Shown: piece by piece, positions 26,678 through 36,400 of the stretch
How the letters are laid out: every line of letters begins with the position of its first letter
How positions within the stretch are numbered: the first letter of the stretch is position 1
Source: a virus
Lineage: Duplodnaviria; Caudoviricetes
DNA: 61,155 nucleotides
Reading direction: 5' to 3' (one strand)
Virus record (IMG/VR): IMGVR_UViG_3300043395_003109
Coordinates: 1-61,155 of that record
Made by a program: the position numbers and the translations under genes
Notes under the pieces: model-generated
Told to the model about the DNA's origin: nothing
Databases searched by the model: none
The model's input: the letters and a program-made list of their open reading frames with translations, nothing else

Positions 26678-26704
26678 GTTCACATACACCAACGGAGCGT
26701 ACTT

Positions 26705-26878
26705 ATGTCAGTTGCATATCAACAAGCGCAGAAGCAGCGTTATAGGATCACTCTTGAATTGGATGTTCTAGGTGATTTCGATCCGCATCAACTTGACTGG
26801 GAAAAGTTATTCAAACTGGAACCTGCAGAAAAGTGTAGAGCATACGTGGAAGATCTAAGTTGTCCTGACCGTTGGTGA
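26705..26878 (+). CDS. conserved small hypothetical protein
   Basis: MSVAYQQAQKQRYRITLELDV...; GGAG RBS. Confidence 0.7.
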   Translation: MSVAYQQAQKQRYRITLELDVLGDFDPHQLDWEKLFKLEPAEKCRAYVEDLSCPDRW

Positions 26879-26920
26879 GTTAGGTATAACGAACGTGTTG
26901 TGAGTTGTTATAAAGAATGT

Positions 26921-26978
26921 GTGACAGATGTAGAAGTGTCACTATAAAATACCATTGTGCCTCGATGTGTGCAATAGT
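26921..26978 (+). promoter_or_regulatory. palindrome-promoter element copy 12
   Basis: GTGACA-gatgtagaag-TGTCAC; weak -10 AATAGT at +52. Confidence 0.65.
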
Positions 26979-27027
26979 ATAAGGGTGGTTGAGACACCTC
27001 TACACAAACTCACCACACATTCTTCCA

Positions 27028-27366
27028 ATGAACAACACAATCGGTTTCCCTCCTGCTGATGCTCTTCTGGAGATGATTAGCAGTGTTGACTATAAGAAAC
27101 ACCTGCAACAGTTTGTGATGCTCTCTGCGACGCTTCTGGGTATCACTGTGGGTGTGCTGCAGTTCTTATACACTAAGACTGCACAATGGTATAACAACGG
27201 TGGTAAAGAACTGCTGGTGAATTATATCAATCGTGCAGTTCTGTTTATCAACAACCGCACTGGTCTGTTTGATAAACTTTATGCTGCAACGGTTTCTATC
27301 TACAATCAGGTGGAACTTCTTGCACATCGTATCAGTGATGTGACAGATGTAGAAGTGTCACAATAA
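27028..27366 (+). CDS. hypothetical protein with one TM segment
   Basis: MNNTIGFPPADAL...; C-terminus is encoded by copy 13. Confidence 0.7.
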   Translation: MNNTIGFPPADALLEMISSVDYKKHLQQFVMLSATLLGITVGVLQFLYTKTAQWYNNGGKELLVNYINRAVLFINNRTGLFDKLYAATVSIYNQVELLAHRISDVTDVEVSQ

Positions 27367-27396
27367 ATGAGCACAGTCCCAAAAATCTGTTATTGT
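27340..27396 (+). promoter_or_regulatory. palindrome-promoter element copy 13
   Basis: 22-mer identical to copy 12; TATTGT at +51. Confidence 0.75.
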
Positions 27397-27448
27397 ATTC
27401 TTGTGGTTGAGAGATCAATCACACAAATCACACCCGATCTTCAGAACA

Positions 27449-27697
27449 ATGAGCACCACTTACCAGCACAATGTTCTCTCCACTGAGTATAACGGTTGGG
27501 AGAATTATGAGACCTGGAATGTTGCACTCTGGATCGACAATGATCAGAGTCTTTATGACATCGCTCGTCGTTGTGTTGATTATAAGCAGTTCGTTGAATA
27601 CATCAGTGAGTTTAAGACACAAACTCCTGATGGTGTTGAATGGAACGATCCTGCAATCAACGTGATTCAGATTAACTCTGACGTGTTCGATTTCTGA
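27449..27697 (+). CDS. conserved hypothetical phage protein
   Basis: YNGWENYETWNVALWIDND...TPDGV. Confidence 0.8.
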   Translation: MSTTYQHNVLSTEYNGWENYETWNVALWIDNDQSLYDIARRCVDYKQFVEYISEFKTQTPDGVEWNDPAINVIQINSDVFDF

Positions 27698-27728
27698 TCT
27701 TCGTTATCAGTAACCACTTCACTTCTTC

Positions 27729-27926
27729 GTGATTATGACAGTCTCTGAGTTTGCTTCGTTGTCTACACTGGATCTCGTGATTGCTGAGGTTCAAGGTAAA
27801 GTAAAGGTCACACGGTTAGCAACAGTCAAACCCCGTAAGTCTCACCTGGTGATGACACAAACCAAGGGGAATCGTTGTAGAACTAACCGCTCCAGTGGCA
27901 CTAACTTTGTGACACAAGTTCGCTGA
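27729..27926 (+). CDS. small basic hypothetical protein
   Basis: ~63-65 aa. Confidence 0.55.
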   Translation: MIMTVSEFASLSTLDLVIAEVQGKVKVTRLATVKPRKSHLVMTQTKGNRCRTNRSSGTNFVTQVR

Positions 27927-27941
27927 GTTAGTTACACAAAC

Positions 27942-27971
27942 AGTCCTGGGTTATGACTATAAACTAACCCA
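27942..27971 (+). other. compact H-type RNA pseudoknot (candidate cis element)
   Basis: S1 AGTC 27942-45 / GACT 27955-58; S2 TGGGTTA 27947-53 / TAACCCA 27965-71. Confidence 0.5.
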
Positions 27972-28001
27972 CACACAGTTCCTTATTCTTTCTTCTTGAT
28001 T

Positions 28002-28142
28002 ATGTCTAAGTCGATGATGCTTTCTCTGCTTGCTCAAGGTAACACTGGCAGCGAAATTATGTCCATTCTGGATGTAATCGTGGAGAGTGAATCTGCAAGT
28101 GATTCGATTAACGAACCCACTGCAGATAGCATCGAGTTCTGA
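28002..28142 (+). CDS. small acidic hypothetical protein
   Basis: 46 aa, not in track: MSKSMMLSLLAQGNTGSEIMSILDV... Confidence 0.6.
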   Translation: MSKSMMLSLLAQGNTGSEIMSILDVIVESESASDSINEPTADSIEF

Positions 28143-28148
28143 TCAGTT

Positions 28149-28192
28149 ACTGTGCGGTCTCTGAGTTATACTTAGGGGTCGCACAGTTTTTT
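28149..28192 (+). terminator. long intrinsic terminator ending the early cluster
   Basis: 18-bp stem (4 G-U pairs, no true mismatch), TAT loop, then a T run. Confidence 0.8.
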
Positions 28193-28728
28193 ATATTGTT
28201 ATCGGAGCAGTTGTGTATTATAATTACTTTGTGAGTTGTTGATTCTTTATAGTGACAATCGTGATTTGACAGTATAGTGAATTAGCAGTTAATTTATGTT
28301 GTTTGTTATTGTTTATAGCGGGCGTTGCGTATATAAAAACGTCTCACTACCCTAACCTACAGAGGTGACAAAACGCGAACGATATATCAATTTCATAAAA
28401 ATTTTCCGGAGTAAAAAAATTGGCACCTAAAAAGAAAGCAAACTGTCACGGATGGGGAATCTTTGGAGGAAAGCACAAAAGAAATAAAAGTTGCGCCACT
28501 GGTATTTTCCGAACTCCTGCACAAAAAAGATCCTCTTCAAAAAGAAAGAAAAAGTGAGACGAAAATCCCCCTATTGGAATTTCTGGAAGGTAGTCTTTGC
28601 AGGATGGTTAATAAGGTATCCACGACAGTGCTTTACGATTTTCGGAGGTACTATTGGATTTTTATTAGTACTGATATATAATGCGGTAACGAAATAAAAG
28701 CACTGAAAAAATTCCGGAAAATATTTTT

Positions 28729-28923
28729 ATGACTGAAAAGGTTTATCACATTTATGCAAAGGATCGGTGCATTTATCACAGTTTATCAGAGAGTAAATTC
28801 TCTGAGACATGGGAGATGATGCACAGAATGATTGATCTGCTTGATTTAGATCTTACAAAAGAAGATTTAAGTTATGAAGAACTTTATGTAAATAAGGAAA
28901 TAGTTCTCAATTCTTCTCATTGA
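28729..28923 (+). CDS. conserved small hypothetical protein
   Basis: YHIYAKDRCIYHSL. Confidence 0.7.
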   Translation: MTEKVYHIYAKDRCIYHSLSESKFSETWEMMHRMIDLLDLDLTKEDLSYEELYVNKEIVLNSSH

Positions 28924-28929
28924 GTCGAA

Positions 28930-28959
28930 TTGACAAAAGCATATATAGACTGATAAAAT
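28930..28959 (+). promoter_or_regulatory. sigma70-type promoter
   Basis: TTGACA-18-TAAAAT with extended TG. Confidence 0.6.
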
Positions 28960-28982
28960 TGATCTGAAGGTTCATTTAACTT

Positions 28983-29750
28983 ATGGCAAAAGGATTTACA
29001 GTAAAAGCAACAGCACCTAAACCCAAAACTGAAGATTGGGATTATGATGCGATTAAAGAAAGAATGAAAGGTAAGTCGATTGTTTTCTGTCTTCCTGGTA
29101 GAGGATGTTCATTTATTTTTCTAAAAGCATTTGTACAACTTTGTTTTGATCTTGTACAAAATGGAATGAGTATTCAAATTTCTCAAGATTATTCTTCAAT
29201 GGTGAACTTTGCACGTTGTAAAGTTCTTGGAGCAAATGTTCTCCGTGGTCCGAAGCAGATTCCTTGGGATGGTAAACTAGAATATGATTATCAACTATGG
29301 ATTGACTCGGATATTGTCTTTAACACAGAAAAGTTCTGGCAACTCTGTGATATGGCTCTGAATGAAGAAGGAGAAGAGAAAGAAGTTGTTGCTGGTTGGT
29401 ATGCCACAGAAGATGGTCACACAACCTCAGTAGCACACTGGTTAGAAGAAGAAGATTTCCGCAAGAATGGTGGTGTGATGAATCATGAGACCGTTGAGTC
29501 TATCTCAAAGCGTCGTAAGCCTTTCACAGTTGATTACACTGGTTTTGGTTGGGTATTGATTAAGAAGGGTGTCTTTGAGAATCTTGAGTATCCTTGGTTT
29601 GCACCTAAGATGCAACAGTTTGAATCTGGACAAGTTCAGGATATGTGTGGAGAAGATGTTTCATTCTGTCTTGATGCAAAAGAGGCAGGCTTTGAAATCT
29701 GGTGCGATCCTCGTATTAGAGTCGGACATGAAAAAACTCGCGTAATCTAA
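28983..29750 (+). CDS. glycosyltransferase family 2-like protein (conserved in T4-like cyanophages)
   Basis: WIDSD (DxD), TGFGWVLI, GEDVSFC, VGHEK. Confidence 0.8.
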   Translation: MAKGFTVKATAPKPKTEDWDYDAIKERMKGKSIVFCLPGRGCSFIFLKAFVQLCFDLVQNGMSIQISQDYSSMVNFARCKVLGANVLRGPKQIPWDGKLEYDYQLWIDSDIVFNTEKFWQLCDMALNEEGEEKEVVAGWYATEDGHTTSVAHWLEEEDFRKNGGVMNHETVESISKRRKPFTVDYTGFGWVLIKKGVFENLEYPWFAPKMQQFESGQVQDMCGEDVSFCLDAKEAGFEIWCDPRIRVGHEKTRVI

Positions 29751-29903
29751 TGAGTACTCTTTACAATCTTTTATATAAAGGGCGTAAAATTTATACTAAT
29801 CTCACTATGGAAGACTGTAGTGAGATTTTACAAGACTTCTCTGAGCGTTTTTACTCGGGAGAAGATATTGATCCTAATTTAATTGAAATGGAGGAAATTA
29901 CAA

Positions 29904-30044
29904 ATGGCTAAAGGTGGAAGTAATAAGACTATTTTTGAACCAGGAGCACCAAAGAAGACTCGTCAAGGACGGTCTGCTCGTACACTACTCAGTGCGACCT
30001 CTCGTAATGGACGTAAGAAAAGGTATCGCGGTCAAGGTCGGTGA
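29904..30044 (+). CDS. small basic conserved peptide
   Basis: 46 aa, not in track: MAKGG...PKKTRQG...KKRYRGQGR; GGAGG RBS. Confidence 0.65.
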   Translation: MAKGGSNKTIFEPGAPKKTRQGRSARTLLSATSRNGRKKRYRGQGR

Positions 30045-30268
30045 TTCAACTTAATCCTCAAATCCCAGTCATTACTCCCAAAGGTAATGGTTGGGCTTTT
30101 TTTATGATCGATCGATCTCAAGAACACGATCTTGAATGGGTTGTCTTTCTAGATAGTAATGGGGAATGTTGGACTTTTAAAAATTCTGATATTCGCATTC
30201 AGAAGAACTATACTCTTCATAGAAACAATCCATCAGGATTACCAATATGTACTACACAGATCCAGTAG
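30041..30268 (+). CDS. hypothetical protein
   Basis: 75 aa. Confidence 0.7.
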   Translation: MIQLNPQIPVITPKGNGWAFFMIDRSQEHDLEWVVFLDSNGECWTFKNSDIRIQKNYTLHRNNPSGLPICTTQIQ

Positions 30269-30918
30269 ATGAATGGAATTCAATTCATAAAGATGATTTG
30301 TGGGTATATAACAAACTCTTTTTATCACACTCTCTAGGGTATCTGTGTGGTCCTGTGGGGACTTCTGTTCCATCTCCAGATCATTATATCGTCCGACCAA
30401 GTATTAATTTGCTGGGTATGGGACGATTTTCTCGTATTGAATGGATTTACAAATATACTGATCACTTTCATCCATCAGAATTTTGGTGTCAGAGGTTCTA
30501 TGGTAATCATATAAGTGTTGATTTTAGAGATAAAAAAGCAGAACTTGTAGTATTAGGTGAACGAGATGATGACAATTTGTTGTATAAATGGGAAAAGTGG
30601 ACTAAGATAGAGAAAGAAGTTCAATTTCCAGAGGTATTAAACAACCTAAAAGGAAATTATGAATGGATTAATTGTGAATTTATTGGAAATAAACTCATAG
30701 AAGTCCATTTTAGACGTAATCCAGACTTTCGTTATGGTAATTCTGTTGCAATCCCTGTTTGGAAAGGAGAAGAATTAGAGAAAATAGATAGTTTTATATT
30801 TGTTGATGATCAAGATTACCTTCGAAAAGGATTTTATATCGATACTCGGGATAGCAACCCCGTAAAAAGTTCTGATTTTAACGAATCAGGAGCAAACAAT
30901 GACCAAAAAAGTCGATAA
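30247..30918 (+). CDS. hypothetical protein, possible ATP-grasp fold
   Basis: YIVRP..NLLGMG; HISVD; INCEF...LIEVHFR. Confidence 0.5.
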   Translation: MYYTDPVDEWNSIHKDDLWVYNKLFLSHSLGYLCGPVGTSVPSPDHYIVRPSINLLGMGRFSRIEWIYKYTDHFHPSEFWCQRFYGNHISVDFRDKKAELVVLGERDDDNLLYKWEKWTKIEKEVQFPEVLNNLKGNYEWINCEFIGNKLIEVHFRRNPDFRYGNSVAIPVWKGEELEKIDSFIFVDDQDYLRKGFYIDTRDSNPVKSSDFNESGANNDQKSR

Positions 30919-31156
30919 AGATCAAAATTTTATGCGAAATGAGTGGGGAACTCAATATTTGAGCAGTGAATATGGGTGGGAAACTCAAATTCAGAAGCAA
31001 AAAATGCTTCGTGAGATTGCAAACGATGAATTAACTCCCAAAAAACACGATTTTTACCATCAAAATGAAATTCATTCAAAAATACGCAATGATGAGGACT
31101 ATGATGACTGGGATTATGGGACAGAACCTCTCTATGAATCCAAAAAACCCGAATAA
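30899..31156 (+). CDS. conserved hypothetical protein
   Basis: 85 aa; AGGAG RBS. Confidence 0.7.
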   Translation: MTKKVDKDQNFMRNEWGTQYLSSEYGWETQIQKQKMLREIANDELTPKKHDFYHQNEIHSKIRNDEDYDDWDYGTEPLYESKKPE

Positions 31157-31159
31157 ATA
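31152..31159 (+). promoter_or_regulatory. T4-type late promoter
   Basis: AATAAATA 20 nt before gp25. Confidence 0.7.
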
Positions 31160-31179
31160 ATACAGATTTTGTACTTTTT

Positions 31180-31581
31180 ATGCCTCTAGAGCGGGTCAGT
31201 AAAGGATTTAAAGACCTGAGTATGACCTTTCAGGCCAATCCACTCAACTATGACCTTATTGCACTCAAAAATGAGACTGCTATTGCTCGCTCTATTCGAA
31301 ATTTAGTATTAACTTATCCAGGAGAACGCTTTTTTAACGAAAATTTAGGTTCAAAAGTAAGTCGTTCTCTTTTTGAAAACATTGATGAAATATCTTCATC
31401 AATAATTAAAGACGAAATTGAAAATACTATTAGAAGTTATGAGCCAAGAGTGAATTTAATTTCAGTAATTATATCTCCAGATTATGATCAAGGCGAGTTT
31501 AACGTAACCATAAATTATAGAATTGTAGGTATTGATGTTTTACCTCAACAGTTATCATTTGCACTTCAGCCAACACGATAA
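31180..31581 (+). CDS. gp25: baseplate wedge subunit gp25
   Basis: AIARSIRNLVLTYPGERFFNENLGS...YEPRV. Confidence 0.92.
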   Translation: MPLERVSKGFKDLSMTFQANPLNYDLIALKNETAIARSIRNLVLTYPGERFFNENLGSKVSRSLFENIDEISSSIIKDEIENTIRSYEPRVNLISVIISPDYDQGEFNVTINYRIVGIDVLPQQLSFALQPTR

Positions 31582-33492
31582 ATGGCATTAGTTAATTTTA
31601 CTAATTTAGACTTCGATCAAATAAAAAGTTCAATTCGCGAATATCTAAGAGCGAATTCGAACTTTACTGATTATGATTTTGAAGGATCGAATCTTTCAAC
31701 TTTGGTTGATGTCTTAGCATACAATACATATATTTCCTCATATAATGCTAATATGATTAGCAATGAGGTTTTTATTGATGGTGCGACACTCAGAGAAAAT
31801 GTAGTTTCTCTTGCAAGAAATATTGGATATGTTCCACATTCTCGCGCATCATCAAAAGCAAATATCTCATTTTTTGTAGATACGACAGGATTTACTACTA
31901 ATCCACTTACACTAACAATTAAAAATGGAGTTATTTGCACTTCAAGTAGTTCTTTTGGAAATCAAAGTTTCTCATTTACAATTCCACAAGATATTACTGT
32001 TCCTGTAGTAAATGGTATTGCTTTATTTGAAAATATTGATGTTTATGAAGGAACTTACGTTGTTAATAGTTTTACGGTTGATGCCAACAATCCAAATCAA
32101 AAATTTATTTTAGACAACGCAAATATTGATGTAGATTCAATTCGTGTTTTTGTACGAAACACTCAGTCCAGTACAGTTAAGAGTGTATATAAATTATCCA
32201 AAAATCTTTTTGAAATTACTTCAGAATCAAGAGTTTTCTTTATCCAAGAAATAGAAGATCAAAGATATGAATTAATTTTTGGTGATGGAGTGTTTGGTAA
32301 AAAACTTGAAAATTTAAATTATATTGAAGTTTCTTATAATATTACTAATGGGGAGAGTGGAAATGGAATATCCTCTTTTAATTTTAATGGACGTATTGTA
32401 GATAATAATAACAGAGTAGTTACAACTGGTATTTCTTTAATCACAACAAATTCTCCATCACAAAATGGAAGAGAAATTGAATCTGTTGAGTCAATTAAGA
32501 AATATGCACCAAGAAAGTATTCTGCACAAAATCGTGCAGTTACTGCCACAGATTACGAAACTATAATACCAACAATCTATCCAGAAGCAGAATCAATTTC
32601 TGTGTTTGGTGGTGAAGATCTTAATCCACCAAAGTATGGAAGGGTTTTTATAAGTATTAAACCAATTAATGGGCCATTTGTTTCAAGTCAGGTTAAAGAT
32701 AATATTGAAAGAGACTTAAGAAGGTATGCAGTTGCAGGTATAGTTCCTGAAATTATTGATTTAAAGTATCTTTACTTAGAAACAGATACAACTGCTTATT
32801 ATAACTCAAATTCTACAAATAATTCAAATAATTTAAAAGATTCTATTTTCAACAATATTAAAAATTATGCAAATTCAAAGGAACTTAATAAGTATGGTGC
32901 AAGATTTAAATATAGTAAATATCTCAAAATAATTGATGATTCAAATAGCGCAATCACTTCCAATATTACCAAAGTTGTAATGAGACGTGATTTGGGGGCA
33001 GCGTTAAATAAGTTTGCTGATTATGAAATTTGTTATGGAAATCAGTTTCACATTAAAAATATCAATGGATATAATATTAAATCATCAGGATTTCGTATTG
33101 CAGGGGTGAATGATACCCTTTATATGTCAGACCTTCCAAATTCAAATGGATTAACTGGAAGTATTTTCTTTTTTAAATTACAATCAACGACACAACCAAT
33201 AATTGTAAGAAAAAATGTCGGAACAATTGATTATGTTAAAGGAGAAATTAGATTATATCCAGTAAATATAAGTTCTACTTCAAAAACTTCTTTTTCTCAA
33301 CCAATAATTGAAATTTCTGTCATTCCAAAATCAAATGATGTGATTGGATTGCAAGATTTATACTTGCAATTAGATGTCAATAAAAGTGTATTAAATATGT
33401 TATCGGATGAAATTTCTTCTGGTTCAGATGTATCTGGATCAACATATAAAGTTACATCAAGCTACACTAACGGAGACCTCGTAAGAATATAA
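31582..33492 (+). CDS. gp6: baseplate wedge subunit gp6
   Basis: LDFDQIK...DYDFEGS...LAYNTY; QNRAVTATDY. Confidence 0.93.
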   Translation: MALVNFTNLDFDQIKSSIREYLRANSNFTDYDFEGSNLSTLVDVLAYNTYISSYNANMISNEVFIDGATLRENVVSLARNIGYVPHSRASSKANISFFVDTTGFTTNPLTLTIKNGVICTSSSSFGNQSFSFTIPQDITVPVVNGIALFENIDVYEGTYVVNSFTVDANNPNQKFILDNANIDVDSIRVFVRNTQSSTVKSVYKLSKNLFEITSESRVFFIQEIEDQRYELIFGDGVFGKKLENLNYIEVSYNITNGESGNGISSFNFNGRIVDNNNRVVTTGISLITTNSPSQNGREIESVESIKKYAPRKYSAQNRAVTATDYETIIPTIYPEAESISVFGGEDLNPPKYGRVFISIKPINGPFVSSQVKDNIERDLRRYAVAGIVPEIIDLKYLYLETDTTAYYNSNSTNNSNNLKDSIFNNIKNYANSKELNKYGARFKYSKYLKIIDDSNSAITSNITKVVMRRDLGAALNKFADYEICYGNQFHIKNINGYNIKSSGFRIAGVNDTLYMSDLPNSNGLTGSIFFFKLQSTTQPIIVRKNVGTIDYVKGEIRLYPVNISSTSKTSFSQPIIEISVIPKSNDVIGLQDLYLQLDVNKSVLNMLSDEISSGSDVSGSTYKVTSSYTNGDLVRI

Positions 33493-33496
33493 TAAA

Positions 33497-36400
33497 ATGA
33501 CAGAAACCAGAATTAAAATCAGTTCCATCGTTGAAAATCAACTACCTCAGTTTGTTTTAGAAGAGTTTCCTCTTGTTTCCGAATTTTTATCACAGTATTA
33601 CATTTCCTTAGAAAGTCAAGGAAATGTAAGTGATATACTTCAAAATATTGATCAATATATCAAAGTTGATCAATTAACAAATTTAGTAGAATCGACAGTT
33701 TTAACATCTGATGTAACTTTTTTTGATTCTACGATTAATGTCTCCTCTACTGCAGGATTTCCAAATTCTTACGGTCTTTTATTAATTGATTCCGAAATCA
33801 TTACATATACTTCAAAAACCCCTACAACTTTTGAAGGATGTATTCGTGGTTTTAGTGGCGTAACTTCTTATAAAATAAAAGATGAATTAACTTTTACAGA
33901 AACTGAGTCACAAGAGCACATTGCTTCTGCAACTGTAACAAATTTAAGTATTCTTTTTCTAAAAGAATTTTTAATTAAGGTCAAAAAACAAGTAACTCCT
34001 GGATTTGAAGAAAGAGAGTTATATTCTGAATTAAATGAAAATCTTTTTATTAAACAGTCTATAGATTTTTATTCCTCAAAAGGAACTGATAATTCTTTTA
34101 AAATTCTTTTTGGTGCCTTATATGGACAAGAAGTTGAAGTTATTAAACCTAGAGATTATTTAATTCAACCATCTGATGCACAATATAGAATTACTTCGGA
34201 TTTAGTTGTAGAAGAAATTGAAGGAAATCTAGAGAATCTTGTTAATACAACAATTTACCAAAAAAATAGTGATGATGAGATAATTGCACAAGGAACTGTC
34301 TCAAAAGTCGAAAAAATTAGAAGGGGATCAAAAAATTATTATACATTATCTTTAGATTCTGCGTATAATAATGATATTGGCGCAAATGGCACTGTTTATG
34401 GAAATTTTGTTATTCACCCCAAAACAAAGACTATTCTAACAACACTTTCTGGTTCTAATACCTTAGATGTGGATTCTACTGTTGGATTTCCAAAAACAAA
34501 TGGAAATATTACTATAGATCTTGAAAATGGAACTTCTTTAAATATCACTTATACTTCAAAAACATTAAATCAATTTTTTGGATGCGAAGGTATTAATCAA
34601 GATATTCCAGAATCCACAGAAATAAAGATAAATGAATTTGCTTATGGAAATTTTTCTACAAATACCATAAAATTTAGAATATTAGGTGTATTATCTGATG
34701 TCAATGTTCCAGGTAATACTATCTTTTATTCAAAAGACGATACTATAAAGATAAAGACCTTAGGCATAGATCTTAAAGACTATAAAGCAAATAATTGGTT
34801 CTTTAACATTCCGGTAAAGTATGAAGTAAAATCTATAGAACTTTTAGATAACTCCGATAAATCATATAGAGTTAATCTCTATGATGATCATTTCTTTAAG
34901 ATTGGAAATTCGGTTTCATTATTGTCTTCAAGTGGAATAGAGTACACTGGATTTGTTGTTTCATTTATTAACGAAAAATCATTTAGTATTCAACTTGGTT
35001 CTAAAAGTGACTTATTGGATACAAATCTTCTATATTTTGCTAGAAAAAATGTAACGAAAGTATTTTCAGAAAATTATCCTTCAGTAAATCAATATACGTC
35101 AAACGTTCAAAATATTTACTATGAAAATAGTAAATCTTTATATGTTTCTTCACCATCACTTCCAACTTATTTAAATCAAACCTTAAAAATAAACGACCGT
35201 TCAACATCTTTTAGTGGATCTTTCAGTGGCACTACTTTAGAAATTGGAAAGCATGGATTTTATACAGGTGATTCAATAGTTTATAAACCAACATCCACAA
35301 ACACTTTAGGAATATCTACTGGTGTTTATTTTATTAAAAAAATAAGTGATACTCAAGTAAAAATCGCAAGAAGCAGAAATAATATCTTCACGGAAAATTT
35401 TGTTTCTGTTGGTGGAACTGTTACAAATGCAAGGTTTGAACTTACAGATTTTACTTATAGAGATTTAAGTACTCAATTACTAGAATCCCAAAAGTTAATT
35501 AGAAAAATTGCAACTCCAGAAAATGATGGAAATACATATGAAACACATCCTGGGTTAACTGGTATTTTTGTAAATGGTGTTGAAGTTCTTAACTATAAGT
35601 CAAAAGATAATGTTTATTATGGTCCAATTGAAAAAATTATTCCAATAGCACCTGGATCTGGATATGATATCATTAATCCACCAGTCGTAACTATTACTGA
35701 TCCTGTTGGAACAGGAGCAGTAGCAAATTGTTCTGTTGTGGGTGGTTTAAAAAGAATTGATATTGTTGATCCTGGATTTGATTATCTAGAAGATCCAAAA
35801 ATCAATATTACGGGAGGAAATGGATCAGGTGCAGTTGCTGTTGCAAAATTAATCAGTTTTGATCACTCTATTTCTTTCAATTCACAAGGATCTGCAGGTT
35901 TGGTAAAACTAAATCCAACAAATACAATTGGATTTTCGAGTCATCATAAGTTTAGAGATGCGGAAGAAGTTGTTTATGTTACTGATGGTCAATCATCTAT
36001 CGTTGGTGGAATATCAACAATAAGTGGACTATCTACAAACTCAACTTATTATGTTTCAGTCCAAGATGCATTTAATATAAAACTTCATAAATCATTTGAA
36101 GATGCTGTTGCTGGCATTAATACATTTCAAATTACCTCTTACGGAATAGGAAATCATTCGTTTAAATCCAAGAATAAAAAGAAAAAAATTGGATCTATTA
36201 TAGTAGAAAATAGTGGCGTCAATTATCAAAATAAGTTAACAGCAACAAGTATAAGTGGAATTAATACTGCGCTTAACGTTGTTACAATAACGGATCATGG
36301 ATATCAAAGTGGAGAGATTATTGTATATAATGCAACAGAAACTCCTGTTGGAGGTCTCTCATCTAACACTTCTTATTATGTAACTAAAGTAGATGATAAT

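Noticed and set aside
26480-26704. N-terminal 75 aa of track ORF 26480..26878
   Set aside because: Spans two promoters; ATG 26705 has an RBS and follows the + promoter. Track starts 5714, 14187, 17777, 19766, 21912, 26989 and 27401 were shortened for similar reasons
10181-27396. Palindromes as integron attC sites
   Set aside because: Too short (22 bp), GTT...AAC order is opposite to attC, no integrase in the window, and fixed spacing to -10 boxes favours a promoter role
10181-27396. Palindromes as CRP or NtcA boxes
   Set aside because: CRP is TGTGA-N6-TCACA and NtcA is GTA-N8-TAC; copy 13 shows TGTGA-N14-TCACA and most copies lack even that
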